Shown: in pieces, positions 12,935 to 26,731 of the stretch
Layout: every line of letters starts with the position of its first letter
Position numbering within the stretch: position 1 is the stretch's first letter
Origin: Mobula birostris
Taxonomy: Eukaryota
Direction of reading: 5' to 3'
Assembly: GCF_030028105.1 (NCBI RefSeq)
Contig: NC_092370.1
Location: 85,642,969-85,706,968 of the forward strand
Length of the DNA: 64,000 nucleotides
The notes under the pieces: generated by a model
What the model was told of the DNA's origin: nothing
Databases searched by the model: none
What the model saw: only the letters and a program-made list of their open reading frames with translations
Translations under genes and position numbers: made by a program

Positions 12935-13950
12935 GATTACCTGACTAGCAGACCACAGTACATGTGCTTGCAACACTGTGTGTCCGACAGAGTGATCAGC
13001 AACGCTGGGGCTCCACAGGGGACTGTCTTGTCTCCCTTTCTCTTCACCATTTACACCTCAGACTTCAACTACTGCACAGAGTCTTGTCATCTTCAGAAGT
13101 TTTCAGATGACTCTGCCATAGTTGGATGCATCGGCAAGGGAGATGAGGCTGAGTACAGGGCTATGGTAGGAAACTTTGACACATAGTGTGAGCAGAATTA
13201 TCTGCAGCTTAATGTGAAAAAGACTGAGGAGCTGGTGGTAGACCTGAGGAGAGCTAAGGTACCGGTGACCCCTGTTTCCATCCAGGTTGTCAGTGTGGAC
13301 ATGGTGGAGGATTACAAATACCTAGGGATACGAATTGACGATAAACTGGACTGGTCAAAGAACACTGAGGCTGTCTACAAGAAGGGTCAGAGCCGTCTCT
13401 ATTTCCTGAGGAGACTGAGGTCCTTTAACATCTGCCAGACGATGCTGAGGATGTTCTACGAGTCTGTGGTGGCCAGTGCTATCATGTTTGCTGTTGTGTG
13501 CTGGGGCAGCAGGCTGAGGATAGCAGACACCAACAGAATCAACAAACTCATTCGTAAGGCCAGTGATGTTGTGGGGATGGAACTGGACTCTCTCACGGTG
13601 GTGTCTGAAAAGAGGATACTGTCTAAGTTGCATGCCATCTTGGACAATGTCTCCCATCCACTACATAATGTACTGGGTGGGCACAGGAGTACATTCAGCC
13701 AGAGACTCATTCCTCCGAGATGCAGCACTGAGCGTCATAGGAAGTCATTCCTGCCTGTGGCCATCAGACTTTACAACTCCTCCCTTAGAGGGTCAGACAC
13801 CCTGAGCCAATAGGCTGGTCCTGGACTTATTTCATAATTTACTGGCATAATTTACATATTACTATTTAACTATTTATGGTTCTGTTACTATTTATTATTT
13901 ATGGTGCAACTGTAACGAAAACCAATTTCCCCCGGGATCAATAAAGTATG

Positions 13951-13980
<30 letters not shown>
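12935..13980 (+). mobile_element. Rex1/Babar LINE, 5'-truncated, with a (TAC)n tail
   Basis: GAPQGTVLSPFLFTIYT, KFSDD, KTEELVVD, YKYLG, RLYFLRRL motifs; AATAAA followed by (TAC)n at ~13950-13980. Confidence 0.92.
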
Positions 13981-13981
<1 letters not shown>

Positions 13982-15106
13982 TTTCCTCAAAAAATAGCTG
14001 TTTATCAGGCAGGATGTTCCTTTCAGGAAACCATACTGGATTTGGTCTATCTTGTCATGTTCCTCCAGATACTCTGTAATCCCAATGCCAGAATTTATTG
14101 ATTCTTGAAAGATCATCGTTAATGCCTCTACGATCTCTCCAGCTACTTCCTTCAGAATCCGAGGGTGCACTCCATCAGGTCCAGGAGATTTATCCACCCT
14201 CAGACCATTAAGCTTCCGGAGCACCTTCTCAGTCGTAATCTTCACTGCACAAACTTCACTTCCCTGACACTCTTGAATGTCCAGTATACTGCAGACGTCT
14301 TCCACTGTGAAGACTGACGCAAAATATGTATTCAATTCCTCTGCCATCTCTGCATCTCTCATTACAATGTCTCCAGCGTCATTTTGTATTGGTCCTATAT
14401 CGACCCTCGACTCTCTTTTACCCTTTAAATACTTGAAAAACCTTTTAGTATCTTCTTTGATATTAGTCACCAGCTTCCTTTCATAATTCATCTTTTCATT
14501 CTGAATGACCTTCTTAGTTTCTTTCCGCAAGTTTTTAAAAGTTTCCCAATCCTCTGTCTTCCCAGTAGCTCTGGTTTCCTTGTATGCCCTCTCTTTTGCT
14601 TTTACTTTGGCTCTGACTTCATTTGTCAGCCAATCCAGTGTCCTTCTTCCCTTTGAAAATTCCTTCTTGTTTGGAATATATCTGTCTTGCACTTCCCTCA
14701 TTTTTTGCAGAAACTCCAGCAGTTGCTGCTCTGCTGTCCTTCCTGCAAATGTCCCTTTCGAGTCAACTTTGGCCATTTCCCACTCATACCATTGTAATTT
14801 CCCTTATTCCACTGAAATACCGACACATTGGATTTTATCTTTTCCCTCTCAAATTTCAATGTGAACTCGATCATATTGTGATCACTGTTTCCTAAGGGTT
14901 CCTTAACTTTAAGCACTCTTATCACCTCCAGATCATTGCACAACACCCAATCCAGCACAGCTGATCCCCTAGTGGGCTCAACAGCAAGCTGTTCTAAAAA
15001 GCTATCCTTTAGACATTCTACAAATTCTCTCCCTTGAAGTCCAGTACCGGCCTGGTTTTCCCAATCCACTTTCATGTTAAAATCCCCAATGATTATCATG
15101 ACATTG

Positions 15107-18034
15107 ACCATGACGAGATTAATAAATCCTTTCAAGAATTTTATACCTCCCTTTATCAATCAGAATTTCCTGATGACTCCACTATAATGCATGAATTTTT
15201 TAAGAAACTGAATATTCCAAAATTATCATCTAATGAATGTTCAAAACTAGATGTACCTATTACAGTAGAGGAAATAAAGAATGCTATTTTTTCAACGAAT
15301 TCAGGTAAAGCACCTGGTCCAGATGGATTTACAGTAGATTTTTTAAAATTTTTCTCGACTACACTAACTCCTTGGCTATGTAGCGTTTTTAGGGATGCAG
15401 TCTCAATAGGTAAGTTACCACAATCTTTCTGTTGAGCTTCTATTTCCCTAATTCTTAAAAAAGATAAGGATCCTACTGAATGTGCATCTTACAGACCTAT
15501 ATCTCTGCTGAATGTCGATTCTAAGATTTTTTCTAAAATATTGGCAACGAGATTGGAGAATGTATTACCCCAAATTATTCCTGCTGATCAAACTGGATTT
15601 ATTAAAAACCGTTATTCTTTTTTTAATATTAGGAGATTAATGAATATTGTTTATACGCCTTCACCCAAAATTCCAAAATGTGTCATTTCACTGGATGCTG
15701 AAAAAGCTTTTGATAGAGTTGAATGGATATATTTATTCAATACCCTTGAGAAATTTAATTTTAGTCCGATATTCATTTCCTGGATTAAACGTATATTTTA
15801 CCCCTTTGGCCTCAGTATTTACTAACAATCAAAGATCCCCTTTCTTTCATTTATTCCGTGGTACTAGGCAGGGTTGCCCTCTTAGTCCATTACTATTTGA
15901 TATTGCCTTGGAACCGCTAGCTATTGCCATTCGTGACTCCCCTAATATATCTGGCATCACCCATGGAAACGAGACTCATAAATTATCACTACATGCAGAT
16001 GATCTACTATTATATATTTCTAACCCAGGAAAATCTATTCCGGCAGTATTAACTTTGCTTGCTCAGTTTAGTAGCTTTTCTGGTTATAAACTGAACCTAA
16101 GTAAGAGTGAACTCTTTCCATTAAATATGCAGGTTCCCATTTATAGAAACTCTCCATTTAGAGTGATTACTGATTATTTTACTTATTTGGGAGTTAAGGT
16201 TACTAAGAGACATAAGGATCTATTCAATTTCAAACTTTTACCATTAATTAATCAGGTTAAACAACTGATTACTAAAGGTCAACTTTTGTCTCTATCACTG
16301 ATTAGACAAAATTAATGCCGTATTAATGCTTTTAAAATGATTATTTGACCCAAATTTTTATACTTATTTCAAGCGACACCGATTTTCATTCCTAAATCTT
16401 TTTTTGATACTATTAACTCTAAAATTTCCTCTTATATATGGCAAAATAGAAATCCCAGATTAAGTAAAAAATACTTACAGAAATCTAAGAAAGAGGGTGG
16501 TTTGGCATTGCCTGTCCTAAGATTTCACTACTGGGCAATGAATATCTGATACTTAATATTTTGGACACAAGATTGGAATATAACTCCAAGCCCACATTGG
16601 GTAAACTTTGAAGGCCATCCTGTACAAGGGTTTTCTTTAGCTTCCATTTTAGGAACTTTACTGCCTTTTGCACTATCTAAATTGAATAAACAAACTTTCA
16701 ACCCTGTAGTTAAACATACATTGCGAATATGGTTTCAATTTCGTAAATTTTTTGGCCTGAATGAATTTATGTTATCAAGCCCTATTATATCTAATTTCTT
16801 TTTCCAACCCTCAGTAATGGACCAAGCCCTTTTGATATGAAAAACGAAAGGTATAATATGTTTTCGTGATCTATTTCTGGATAACTGCTTTATGTCTTTT
16901 GAGCAGTTATCTGAGAAATTTGATTTGCCTAGATCCCGTTTATTTAGATACCTACAAATAAGAAATTTTTTTAAATACTATGTTGCCTACCTTTCCGACT
17001 TCAAATTCTTCTGGCATTTTTGATAAAATTTTAGGTTTTAATCCTTTGCAGAAGGGATTAATAGCAATAATTTATGATATAATTATGAAATTACAGCCAG
17101 ATATATCTGATAAGATCGAAAATGAATGGGAAAGGGAACTTCAACTTTCCCTACCTATAGAGAAATGGGAAAAAAAATTTCAATTAGTTAGTACTTCTAT
17201 ATGTGCTAAACATACATTAATAAAATTTAAAGTAGTACACAGAGCTCATATGTCCAAAGATAAACTAGCTCGTTTTTATTCCCACATAAACCCTACTTGT
17301 GATAGATGTCACTCTGAAGTGGCTTCTTTAACTCATATGCTTTGGTCCTGTCCTCTTTTGGAAAAATATTGGAAAGACATTTTTGATATTATTTCAACAG
17401 TTCTATGCTTTGATTTAAAACCCCATCCTATTACGGCAATCTTTGGATTGCCGATGGTAGAACATAGATCTTTGTCTTCTTCAGCCTCTCGAATGATAGC
17501 TTTTGTTACTTCAATGGCAAGAAGATCTATTTTGTTGAACTGGAAGGAAACTAATCCTCCAACTGCATTCCAATGGTTTTCTCAAACCATATTAAGTTTA
17601 AATTTAGAAAAAATTAAAAGTGATATTTTTGACCCTTCGGTTAAATTTGAAGATACTTGGAAACCGTTTATGCAACATTTTCATATGATGTAATCTGACC
17701 TTTCGGAATCTTTTTTCTAAAATTATATGATGAGAAGAGCAGAGTTAACGACATTATTGAACTTGTCTGATACAAGCTGTTGGTCTAGCCCTGTTTTGCC
17801 TTTTTTTGGGTTTTTTTTTCCTCTTTTTCTTTTGGGGTTTTTTTTTGTTTATATATTTTTTTCTTTTTATTTTTTTAATGTTTAATCTCATTATGAGTTT
17901 GGAAGTCTTTTATATCTGTGTTACTTAAAATTCATTTTATATATGCTGATGAACATTTTTCCAATTTCTGTACCAACTTTGTTATTGAGTTTATAATTTT
18001 GAAAAATTAATAAAAGGATTTAAAAAAAAAGAAA
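15107..18034 (+). mobile_element. L1-clade LINE, 5'-truncated, with poly(A) and a 16-bp TSD
   Basis: GKAPGPDGF, DQTGFI, SLDAEKAFDRVEW, GTRQGCPLSP, HADD and a C-terminal CDRC..HMLWSC; AATAAA at 18009; TSD GATTATCATGACATTG at 15091-15106 and 18035-18050. Confidence 0.95.
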
Positions 18035-19829
18035 GATTATCATGACATTGCCTTTCTGACACACCTTTTCTATCTTCTGCTGTAATTTGTAATCCACATC
18101 CTGGCTGCTGTTTGGAGGCTTGTGTGCAACTGCTATTAGGGTCCTTTTACCTTTGCCATTTCTTAACTCAACCCATAGACACTCTACACCTTCCAATCCT
18201 ATGTCATCTCTTTCCAATGATTTAATGTTATTTCTTATACACAGAGCCACAACACCCCCTTTGCCTACTATCCTATCTTTCCAATATACCATATGTCCTT
18301 GGATGTTCAGCTCCCAATGGTAGCCATCCTTTAGCCAAGTTTCAGAGAAGGCAACAAGGTCATATTTGCCAATCTGTAGCTGAATTTCAAGATCATCTAT
18401 TTTATTCCTCATTCTGCATGCATTCAAATACAACACTCTCAGTTCAGTTTTTGTTGCTTTCTGTTTTAACTGCACCACGCCTCTATTGCCCTGTAACTCA
18501 TGCCACTGGCTTTGATTAAGCCTCATCTCCTGCCTGTTCTTTCTATAATCTCTGTTGCACACTATCTTTGATTTATTTCGGTTTTCCCCTTCCTCAGTCC
18601 TATCACTCCGGTTCCCATCCCCCTGCCAAATTAGTTTAAACCCTCTCTAACAGCTCTATTAAAGGTGCCCACTAGGATATTGGACCCCTTTGGGTTTAGG
18701 TGTATCCTGTCATTTTTGTACAAGTCATACCTCCCCCAGAAGAGGCCCCAGTGATCCAGGAATCTGAATCCCTGCCCCCTACACCAGTCTCTCAGCCACA
18801 CATTAATTCGCTTGATCATGCTATTCTTGCACTTGCTAGCACGTGGCACAGGCAGCAATCCTGAGATTACTACCCTAGAGGTCCTGCCTTTCAGCTTCCT
18901 ACCTAACTCCCCGAATTCTCTCTTCAGGACTCCTCCCTTTTTCTACCTATGTCATTGGTACCAACGTGTACCAAGACTTCTGGCTGTTCACCTTCTCCCT
19001 TCACCCTGCACCCGGTCCAAAACTTCCTGTACCCTGGCACCTGTGAGGCAACACACCATGTAGGTATCTCCATCAGGCTGACAGAACCTCTTGTCTATTC
19101 CCCTCACTATGGAATTCCCTATGACTACCGCATTCCTCATCCTTCTCTTTCCCTTCTGCACCACAGCACCACAGAACCAGGCTCAGTGCCAGAGACCCAA
19201 TCGCCGTGGTCGTCCTCTGTCAGGTCATCCCCCTGAACCGCATCCAAAACAAGATAACGATTACTGAAGGCGATGGCCACAGGAGTGCTCTCTACTATCT
19301 GAGCTCTTTCCTGTGTTTCCCTGACCATCACCCACCTATCTAACTCCGGTAGCCTCGGGGTGACTAATTCCCTGTAGCTCCTCGGTATCTCCTGCTCACT
19401 CTCCCTAATAAGCTGTAGGTCATCGAGGCACAGCTCCAGATCCCTAACACAGTCTCTCAGGAGCTGCATCTCGGTGCACCTGGCACAGATGTGGCCATCT
19501 GGGAGACTGGAAGATTCCCAGGATTCCCACATCCGACGCCCAGAGCAAAATACTAACCCTACCGACATGCTCGCTATTCCTCAAAAAAAAAAGCAAAGAT
19601 AAAACCAAAAACCAAGTCCACTTACCTCGCCAAAGCCTGTTGCTTCTATTCTCGCCACTGGCCTACTCCCGACAATGGCCACTCTGCTTATCCCTTCTGT
19701 ACTTTTATTTAGTTCGCCGAGCTCAGTTGCTGCCGCTGATAGGCCCTACACAGTGAACTAACGCCCACGAAACTCTCGTTTTAAATCACTGATTCTGACC
19801 TGTACCGAGGTACACCGAAAAACTTTTCT

Positions 19830-22205
19830 TGCTACGTCTCCAAGGCTAACGTGAGGGCATCCTTCAGCAGGGTGAACCCATGGAGAAAGCATCTGGTCCA
19901 GACGATGAACCTGGCCAAGTATTGAAGGCCTGTGCTAATCAGCTGGCGAGAGTGTTTTCTGACATCTTTAACCTCTTGCTTCGGCATCAACCATACCAGT
20001 GTCCTAGAAAAACATAAAAACCTGCCTCAGTGGCTATCATCCAGTAGCACTGATATCCATTGCAATGAAGTGCTTTGAGAGGATGGTCACAAAGCACATC
20101 AATTCCTGCCTGAGGAGTGACCTGGATCTACTACAAATTGCCTACCATGACAACAGGTCAACAGCAGATGCTATTTCATTGGCTCTTCACTCATTCTTGG
20201 AACATCTGGACAGTGTGTGCATACACCAAGATTCTCTTCATTGATTCCAGCTCTACTTTCAACATTATCATCCCCTCAAACCCAACACATAAGCCCCAAG
20301 GCCTTGGCCTTGATACCACCTTGAGCAATTGGATCCTTGATTTCCTCACTTGCATACCCCAGCCAGTTCAGATTTGTAACACATCCCCTCCACAATCACC
20401 ATCAACAAGGCTGTGTGCTTAGCTTTCTGCTCTACTCTCATTACTGTATACTTATTGTGAGGCTAAGCACAGCTCCAATGCTGTATTCGAGCAATTGGAT
20501 CCTTAATTTCCTCACTTGCATACCCCAGCCAGTTCAGATTTGTAACACATCCCCTCCACAATCACCATCAACAAGGCTGTGTGCTTAGCTTTCTGCTCTA
20601 CTCTCATTACTGTATACTTATTGTGAGGCTAAGCACAGCTCCAATGCTGTATGCTGATGACAGCACTGTTGTCGGCCAAATCAAAGGTGGTGGAGAATTG
20701 GAATAAAGGAGGGAGATTGAAAATATGGCTGAATGATGCCACAACAACAACCTCTCACTCAAAGTCAGCAAAATCAAAGAGTGGATTATTGACGACAGGA
20801 GGAAGAAACTGGAGGACAATGAACCAGTCTTCAGCTGATCAGAGATGAACGGGGACAGGGTCAGTAATATTAAATTCCATGGCAGTCATCATTTCAGAGA
20901 ATCTGTCCTGAGACCAACATGTAAGTGCCATTACCCAGCAGTAGCTCTACTGCCTTACAAGTTTGCACAGATTCAGCATATCATCTAAAACTTTGACAAA
21001 CTTCTATACTTGCATAGTCACCTGATGCATCACAGTCTGGGATGGAAACACCATTGCCCAAGAATGGAAAAGCCACAAAAAGTGTGAGTAAAGCCCAGTC
21101 CATCGCAGGAAAAGCCCTCCCCACCACTGAGCATATCTACAAGGAGCACTGTCACAAGAAAGCAGCCTTATCAAGGGCACTGCACCATCCAGGCCATACT
21201 CTCTTCTCACTGCTGCCGTCAGAGAGGTGGTACAAGAGCCCTAGGTCCCACACCACCAGTTTCAGGAACAGTTATTGCCTTTCAACCATCAGGATCCTGA
21301 ACTAGCATGGATAACACTGTGTACATACATCTATTGATGCTTCTGGACACATCTTCAGTGATGTTCCTGGAATCATCGGGTGTTTCAGGTCTTTCAACAT
21401 CATACAACCTCCTCCAGGTGACCCAGCCAGGGCTGATCAGACCCCAGCTTGTGTCCAGATGGCTAGCTACTTATGAGTCCATGGCTCCCCTCTTTTGAGC
21501 CACAGCCATCTTGAGTCCCTCTCTGCCGCATCGGTGGTACTGCGGATGGCTCTCCTCTTCCTCTCTCCCTCGATGCCCAAAATGCTGAAGGCTCTAACTA
21601 AAGAACGGGCTACAAATCCCCTACAACCAACCTCCATTGGGAGACACCTCGCTCTCCATCCAGCCTGCTGACAGTTGCTGACCAGTCCTGCGTACTTGGA
21701 GAGCTTCCTTTCAAAGGCCTCCTCCAAGCTATCTTCCCATGGGACTGCCAGCTCCAGCAGCACCACTTGCTTAGTAGACTCAGACACTAGGGCAATGTCT
21801 GGTCGCAGGGTGGTGCCTGCAATATGGTTGGGGAACTTCAGCTGCCCTTCGAGGTCCACCAACAGCTGCCAGTCCCTTGCAGAGGTCAGAATGCCTGCAG
21901 ATGTTCTTTTGGCAGGTATTGGCTGCTCCCCAGCTCTGACAAGGCAATGGTCTGAACTATTCCACAACATATGGACTCGCTTTCAAGCACTCTACAACTC
22001 ACATTCTCAATATTACTTTTATTGATTTATTTTTGTAATTGCACAATTTGTCTTAAGCACATGGGTGGTTTGTCTTTGTTTATGTGTAGTTTTTCATTGA
22101 TAATATTTTGTTTCTTGTTATCTACTGTGAATTCCTGCAAGAAAATGAATCTCATGATAGCAAATGGTGACATATACATAGTTTGAACTTTACATTGAAC
22201 TTTGT
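19830..22205 (+). mobile_element. Degraded Rex1/Babar LINE with an internal tandem duplication and a nested Hero element
   Basis: RT remnants (LFID.SS.FN.I, WILDFLT), HPGHTLFSLLPS, and a GAACTTT tail near 22190. Confidence 0.8.
21319..21945 (-). mobile_element. 3' end of a restriction-like-endonuclease (RLE) non-LTR retrotransposon, Hero clade (R2 group)
   Basis: ORF 21467-21970 encodes DWQLLVDL..LRPDIALVS..VVLLELAVPWE..ERKLSKY..L..EVGCRGF..RWLWLKR, a PD-(D/E)xK RLE signature as in Hero elements. Confidence 0.82.
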
Positions 22206-22239
22206 TTCACCATTAAAAATATCCTCTATTTTGTTATCA

Positions 22240-22850
22240 GGAGACCACTGTCAGTGCAGATCAGTGAGCTCATCTCCTCCTTGCTGACAAGCAACACCTC
22301 GAGAATAAGTACTTAGCTCACTGCTCTACTGTCTCTACATGCATGGTTAAACACAGCTCACTCACCATTTAAATTTGTTAATGACACCTCTTGTTGGTAG
22401 AAGCTCACGAGGCAACGTAGAGGCGTAAAGAGATAGATCAGCTGGTTGAGTGGTGTTGCAACAACAACATTGGACTTGGCATTTGGCATGACCAAAGAAT
22501 GTATTATGGAATTCATGAAGGGGAATTTGGAAAGACACACACCAGCCTTCACTGAGGGGTCAGTAGTGAGCTGCTTCAAGTTCCTGGGTGTCAACATCTC
22601 GGAAGGTCTATTTTGGGCCCAGCATATTGATGCAATCATGAAGAAGGCAAGCCAGCTGTTCTAGTTTGTAAGTACTTCAAGGAGATTTTGTACGTCTCCA
22701 AAGACTCGTACTAATTTCTATGGATGCACAGTGGAGAGCATTCTGAGTAGTTGGATCACAGCCTGGTATGGAAGCTCTAATGTACAGGATTGAAAAGGGT
22801 TACTCAGACAGCTCCAGTTCTTCCCACCATCCAGGACATTATGAAAGGTG
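22240..22850 (+). mobile_element. Rex1/Babar-like RT fragment
   Basis: VSCFKFLGVNISE.L.WAQHIDAIMKKA motif. Confidence 0.7.
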
Positions 22851-23519
22851 GGAAGGCGAGTAAGTCATGGAATAGTGAGTTGAACACCAGTTCATCCTCT
22901 GTGCTCGGCCGTGATGTCTTAATCTTTTTAATCTGGCTCCTCAGTTAAATTGGCTAAATATTGCTTTGCTGTTCACTCTTCAAGACTAGATAGATTTCAC
23001 TTCAGTAAAGAATTCTTATTCCTACATCACCACATGGTGGCAATAGTCCATTAGCTAAATTATATAGATTTTGAAATGCTGATTATAGAGTCATACAGCA
23101 CAGAAACAGGCCCTTCAGCCCAATTCATCCATTCTGACCAAGCTGCTTACCTGTACTAGTCCTATTTTCCTTTTTTTTTGTGAAGACAAGTTCATTGTTA
23201 GGGGGAGGTTCAGGGGTGAAGAGAGAGGTAAGGGCAATAAATGAAGAGTTAGGGGAACAAACAGAGGTCAGAGTGCTCCGAGGTAGGAGGCCAAGGATCC
23301 CCAAGGACGGAGGTCCGAGGTCTGCGAGTTCTGGGGTCAGAGGTCAAAGGTCAACAACCCTTAGGAGAGATTTTCAGCAATTGATAGATTTTCAGCAATT
23401 TCAATTGTGCTGTAAAACGCTATACGGGTAACTTTAAAAATTCCTAAAGTATTAGTACTCTTCTGTAACAAAATGTCCCTTTAGAGTATACCACTCATAA
23501 TGTACACTTCTACTATAAA

Positions 23520-23835
23520 GATTAGATTCTAGGACCAAAAGGCACAGCTTCAGAATACAAGGACGTCCCTTTAGAAAAGAGATGTGGAGGAATTTCTTCA
23601 GCCAAAGGGTGGTGAACCTGTGGAATTCATTGCCACAGCTGGCTATTGAGGCCAAGTCATTGGGTATGTTTAAAGCGGAGATTGATAGGTTCTTGATTAG
23701 TAAGAGTGTCAAAGGTTATGGAGAGAAGGCTGAAGAATGGGGTTGAGAGGGGTAATAGGTCAGCCATGAATGAACAGCAGAGCAGACGCGATGGACCGAG
23801 TGGGCTAGTTCTGTTCCTGTGTCTTATGATCTTAC
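23520..23835 (+). mobile_element. CR1 3' fragment
   Basis: GHSFRI..RNFFSQRVVNLWN coding remnant and a TCTTATG repeat tail. Confidence 0.85.
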
Positions 23836-24022
23836 GGATTACACTTCCTAGGTTGTTTCTTCATTTATCCCTTGCTGGTGCCATGTGCTCAGTATATCTG
23901 ATTTCCCACAGTGAGAGTTTATATACTGGAATATGAGATTGATACTTTTAATAGGCCACTTTTCTCTTGATTCTTTGTGTCTTCCCATATATTATGTCGC
24001 TACCAAGTAAAGAGAAAGGGAA

Positions 24023-24210
24023 GCAACACACGCAAAATGCGGGAAGAACTCAGCAGGCCAGGCAGCATCTGGGAAAAGCGTACAGTCGACATTTCAGGCC
24101 GAAACATTGACCGTACTCTTTTCTGAGATGCTGCCTGGCCCGCTGAGTTCCTCCAGCATCTTTTTGTGCGTTGCTTGGATTTCCAGCAACTGCAGATTTT
24201 CTCGTTTGTG
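24023..24210 (+). mobile_element. Short Penelope-derived inverted-repeat element with a 14-bp TSD
   Basis: Inverted arms GAACTCAGCAGGCCAGGCAGCATC / GATGCTGCCTGGCCCGCTGAGTTC; TSD AAAGAGAAAGGGAA at 24009-24022 and 24211-24224. Confidence 0.8.
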
Positions 24211-25184
24211 AAAGAGAAAGGGAAACTAAGCTGTGTGAAATGTAACAAGGCCATTATGGTAAGATGCTTTTGATCAATTCATATTTTGATTTATTTATCC
24301 TAATATACAATGGGTTGCAATGAAACTCTTTAATCACACAAACCTCACAGAGTAAATTGATTGATGTACCTGTGTAATTCTCTCTACCCATTGCAGGTTA
24401 GATTTGGAAGGGTGTCAACCCAAAACATTAACTATCCATTTCCCTCCACAGATGCTGCTTGACACCCTGAGCTCCTCCATTTCCTTAATGTGTTGCTTTA
24501 AATCTTGAAGAATTGATGGATCAACTAAGTCAGTGAGAACCATAGCATTGGGAATTTTAATTGAAAGGCTGAAAATTGTCTAGAAATCAGAGAAGAATAA
24601 AGCAATAGGTTGACTAAAGCAAGAGAAGAGAAGGGCAGTGTAATGAGATGGAAGGAAGTTTTTTTTTGAGGATGAAGATATTAAGTGATAGTTTAGCTCA
24701 AGCTCGTATGATCTGGTTCATTGAAAGGTTGGGAAGGATACAGAATCAGTGTCAGAGGTAAAAGAAAATGGTTTAAATTGAAGCAAATCTAAGTTCATCC
24801 AGGAACAAATAAAATCAAACTAAACTGCAAGTGCATGAACTATGAAATAAAAATAGAAAATGCAGGAAATGGTCAGCAATCCAGGCAACATCTGTGGAAA
24901 GAGGAACAGAGTTAGCGCTGTAAATAGATGAACTTGCCTTAGACACAAGTAAAGTTAGAATCAAACAGGTTTTAGGTTACAGAAGGTGAAAAGGACAGAG
25001 AGATTGTCCAATAGAGACTGAATGACATCAATGATGGTGGTGAAAGCTTGCTAACTGCATATTATCTGCCTGGAGGTGATGTAGATTAAAAAGAGGAGGT
25101 GAATAAAGATAGACAAGAGAGAAAGGTCTTGAAAGTGTGAGGCACAATTTTCTGTTGAAAGTTCATCAACTTGTAACTTTAAAT

Positions 25185-25345
25185 CACAAACAAGAGAAAA
25201 CCTGCAGATGCTGGAAGTCCAAGCAAAACACACACACAAAACGCTGGAGGAACTCAGTGTCTCAGCCCAAGATGTTGACTGTACTTTTTCCCATAGATGC
25301 TGCCTGGCCTGCCGAGTTCCTCCAGCATTTTGTGTGTGTTGCTAG
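25185..25345. mobile_element. Short Penelope-derived inverted-repeat element
   Basis: Same GCTGGAGGAACTC / GAGTTCCTCCAGC arms as the other copies. Confidence 0.7.
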
Positions 25346-25677
25346 AAGTACCCAGCTAGTCAGACTGCATCTGAGGAGAGATTTTTAAAAAAGAACATAG
25401 TTAATGTTACAGGGTGGTGATTTTTCAGAAGAACAAGTCAATTCTGACACAAGCTGAAAGGCTGGTTGCCTAAAACTGTTGAGCTCACAGCTGAGTTCCA
25501 AGGCCTGTAACATGCCTAGTCAAAAGGTGCCGCAATACTCCTCATATTTTCATAAAGCTTTGTGAGAACAGTATAACAGAGTAATGAAAAAACAGGGTGA
25601 TCAAAAAGCAGGCTGTCAGCCTATAAGCAGTTAAAGATTCAACAGAGATGACAAGGTAGATCCAAGTGTCTCAACCA

Positions 25678-26235
25678 ATATAAGACCATAAGATATAGGA
25701 GCAGAAGTAGGCCATTCGGTCCATCGAGTCTGCTCTGCCATTCAATCATGGGCTGATCCAATTCTTCCAGTCATCCCCACTCCCCTGCCATCTCCCCATA
25801 CCCTTTGATGCCCTGGCTAATCAAGAACCTATCTATCTCTGCCTTAAATGCACCCAATGACTTGGCCTCTACAGCCTCTTGTGGCAAAAAATTCCACAGA
25901 TTTACCACCCTCTGACTAAAGTAATTTCTCTGTTCTAATGGACTTCCTTCAATCCTGAAGTCATGCCCTCTTGTCCTGGACTCCCATATCATGGAAAATA
26001 ACTTTGCCATATCTAATCTGTTCAGGCTTTTTAACATTCATAATGTTTCTATGAGATCCTCCCTCATTCTCCTGAACTCCAGAGAATACAGCCCAAGAAC
26101 TGCCTATCATTCTCATACAGTAACCCTTTAATTCCTGGAATCATCCTCGTGAACCTTCTCTGAACCCTCTCCAATGTCAGTATATCCTTTCTAAAATAAG
26201 GAGCCCAAAGCTGCACACAATACTCCAAGTACTCC
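25678..26235 (-). mobile_element. CR1 3' fragment, same subfamily as 11698-12260
   Basis: Near-identical by eye to 11700-12255. Confidence 0.9.
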
Positions 26236-26600
26236 AATATATTGAAATAATGTCTTGTCAGACTGTATACTGATGTTGTTAAGAAATAATATGGAAATGA
26301 GAAATAGGAAAGTGGCCAAGCATAGGCAACAAGGTACAGGGATAAGATGAGAAATTATTGGAGGAAGTCCTGCAAGAGTCCATTCCAGCAAGAGTCAGCA
26401 TACTATTTTAAGTCTTCACAAGTAGAAAATTCTACATAACTTTGGCATGATAAATTACTAAATTGTTAGATAAGTTTGTATAGAGAATAAGAGATCACAA
26501 ATTTACTTTCATCAAAAACAGATTTTTTTGGCTCTGTAAAGAAATAATAAATATGTTCTTCATAGACAAGTCATTTACATATGTCTCAGGAAACAATCTA

Positions 26601-26731
26601 TTTATTTGAATACTATCAAGAACAGTCAAAATCCTCCTCTAAATTGTGGGAATACAAAGAATGTTCTTTAAGGAATTAATTATAGGAAATAAATTTAATT
26701 AAAAACAGCACAAAAATGTAAAGGTTTTATT
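26601..26731 (-). terminator. Candidate polyadenylation signals of the LGI1-like gene
   Basis: AATAAA on the minus strand at 26726-26731 and 26601-26606, in AT-rich sequence 340-460 nt past the stop codon. Confidence 0.4.

Larger units (their letters stand above)
11698..19800 (-). mobile_element. Near full-length CR1 LINE split into three pieces (11698-12934, 13981-15106, 18035-19800) by nested Rex and L1 insertions
   Basis: ORF1 zinc finger and esterase-like parts (19137-19568, 18631-18858); APE endonuclease (YLNA, SETWL, GDFN, SDHN); RT (YLDFQK.FDKV, PQG); 3' tail near 11700. The pieces are collinear across the insertions. Confidence 0.92.
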
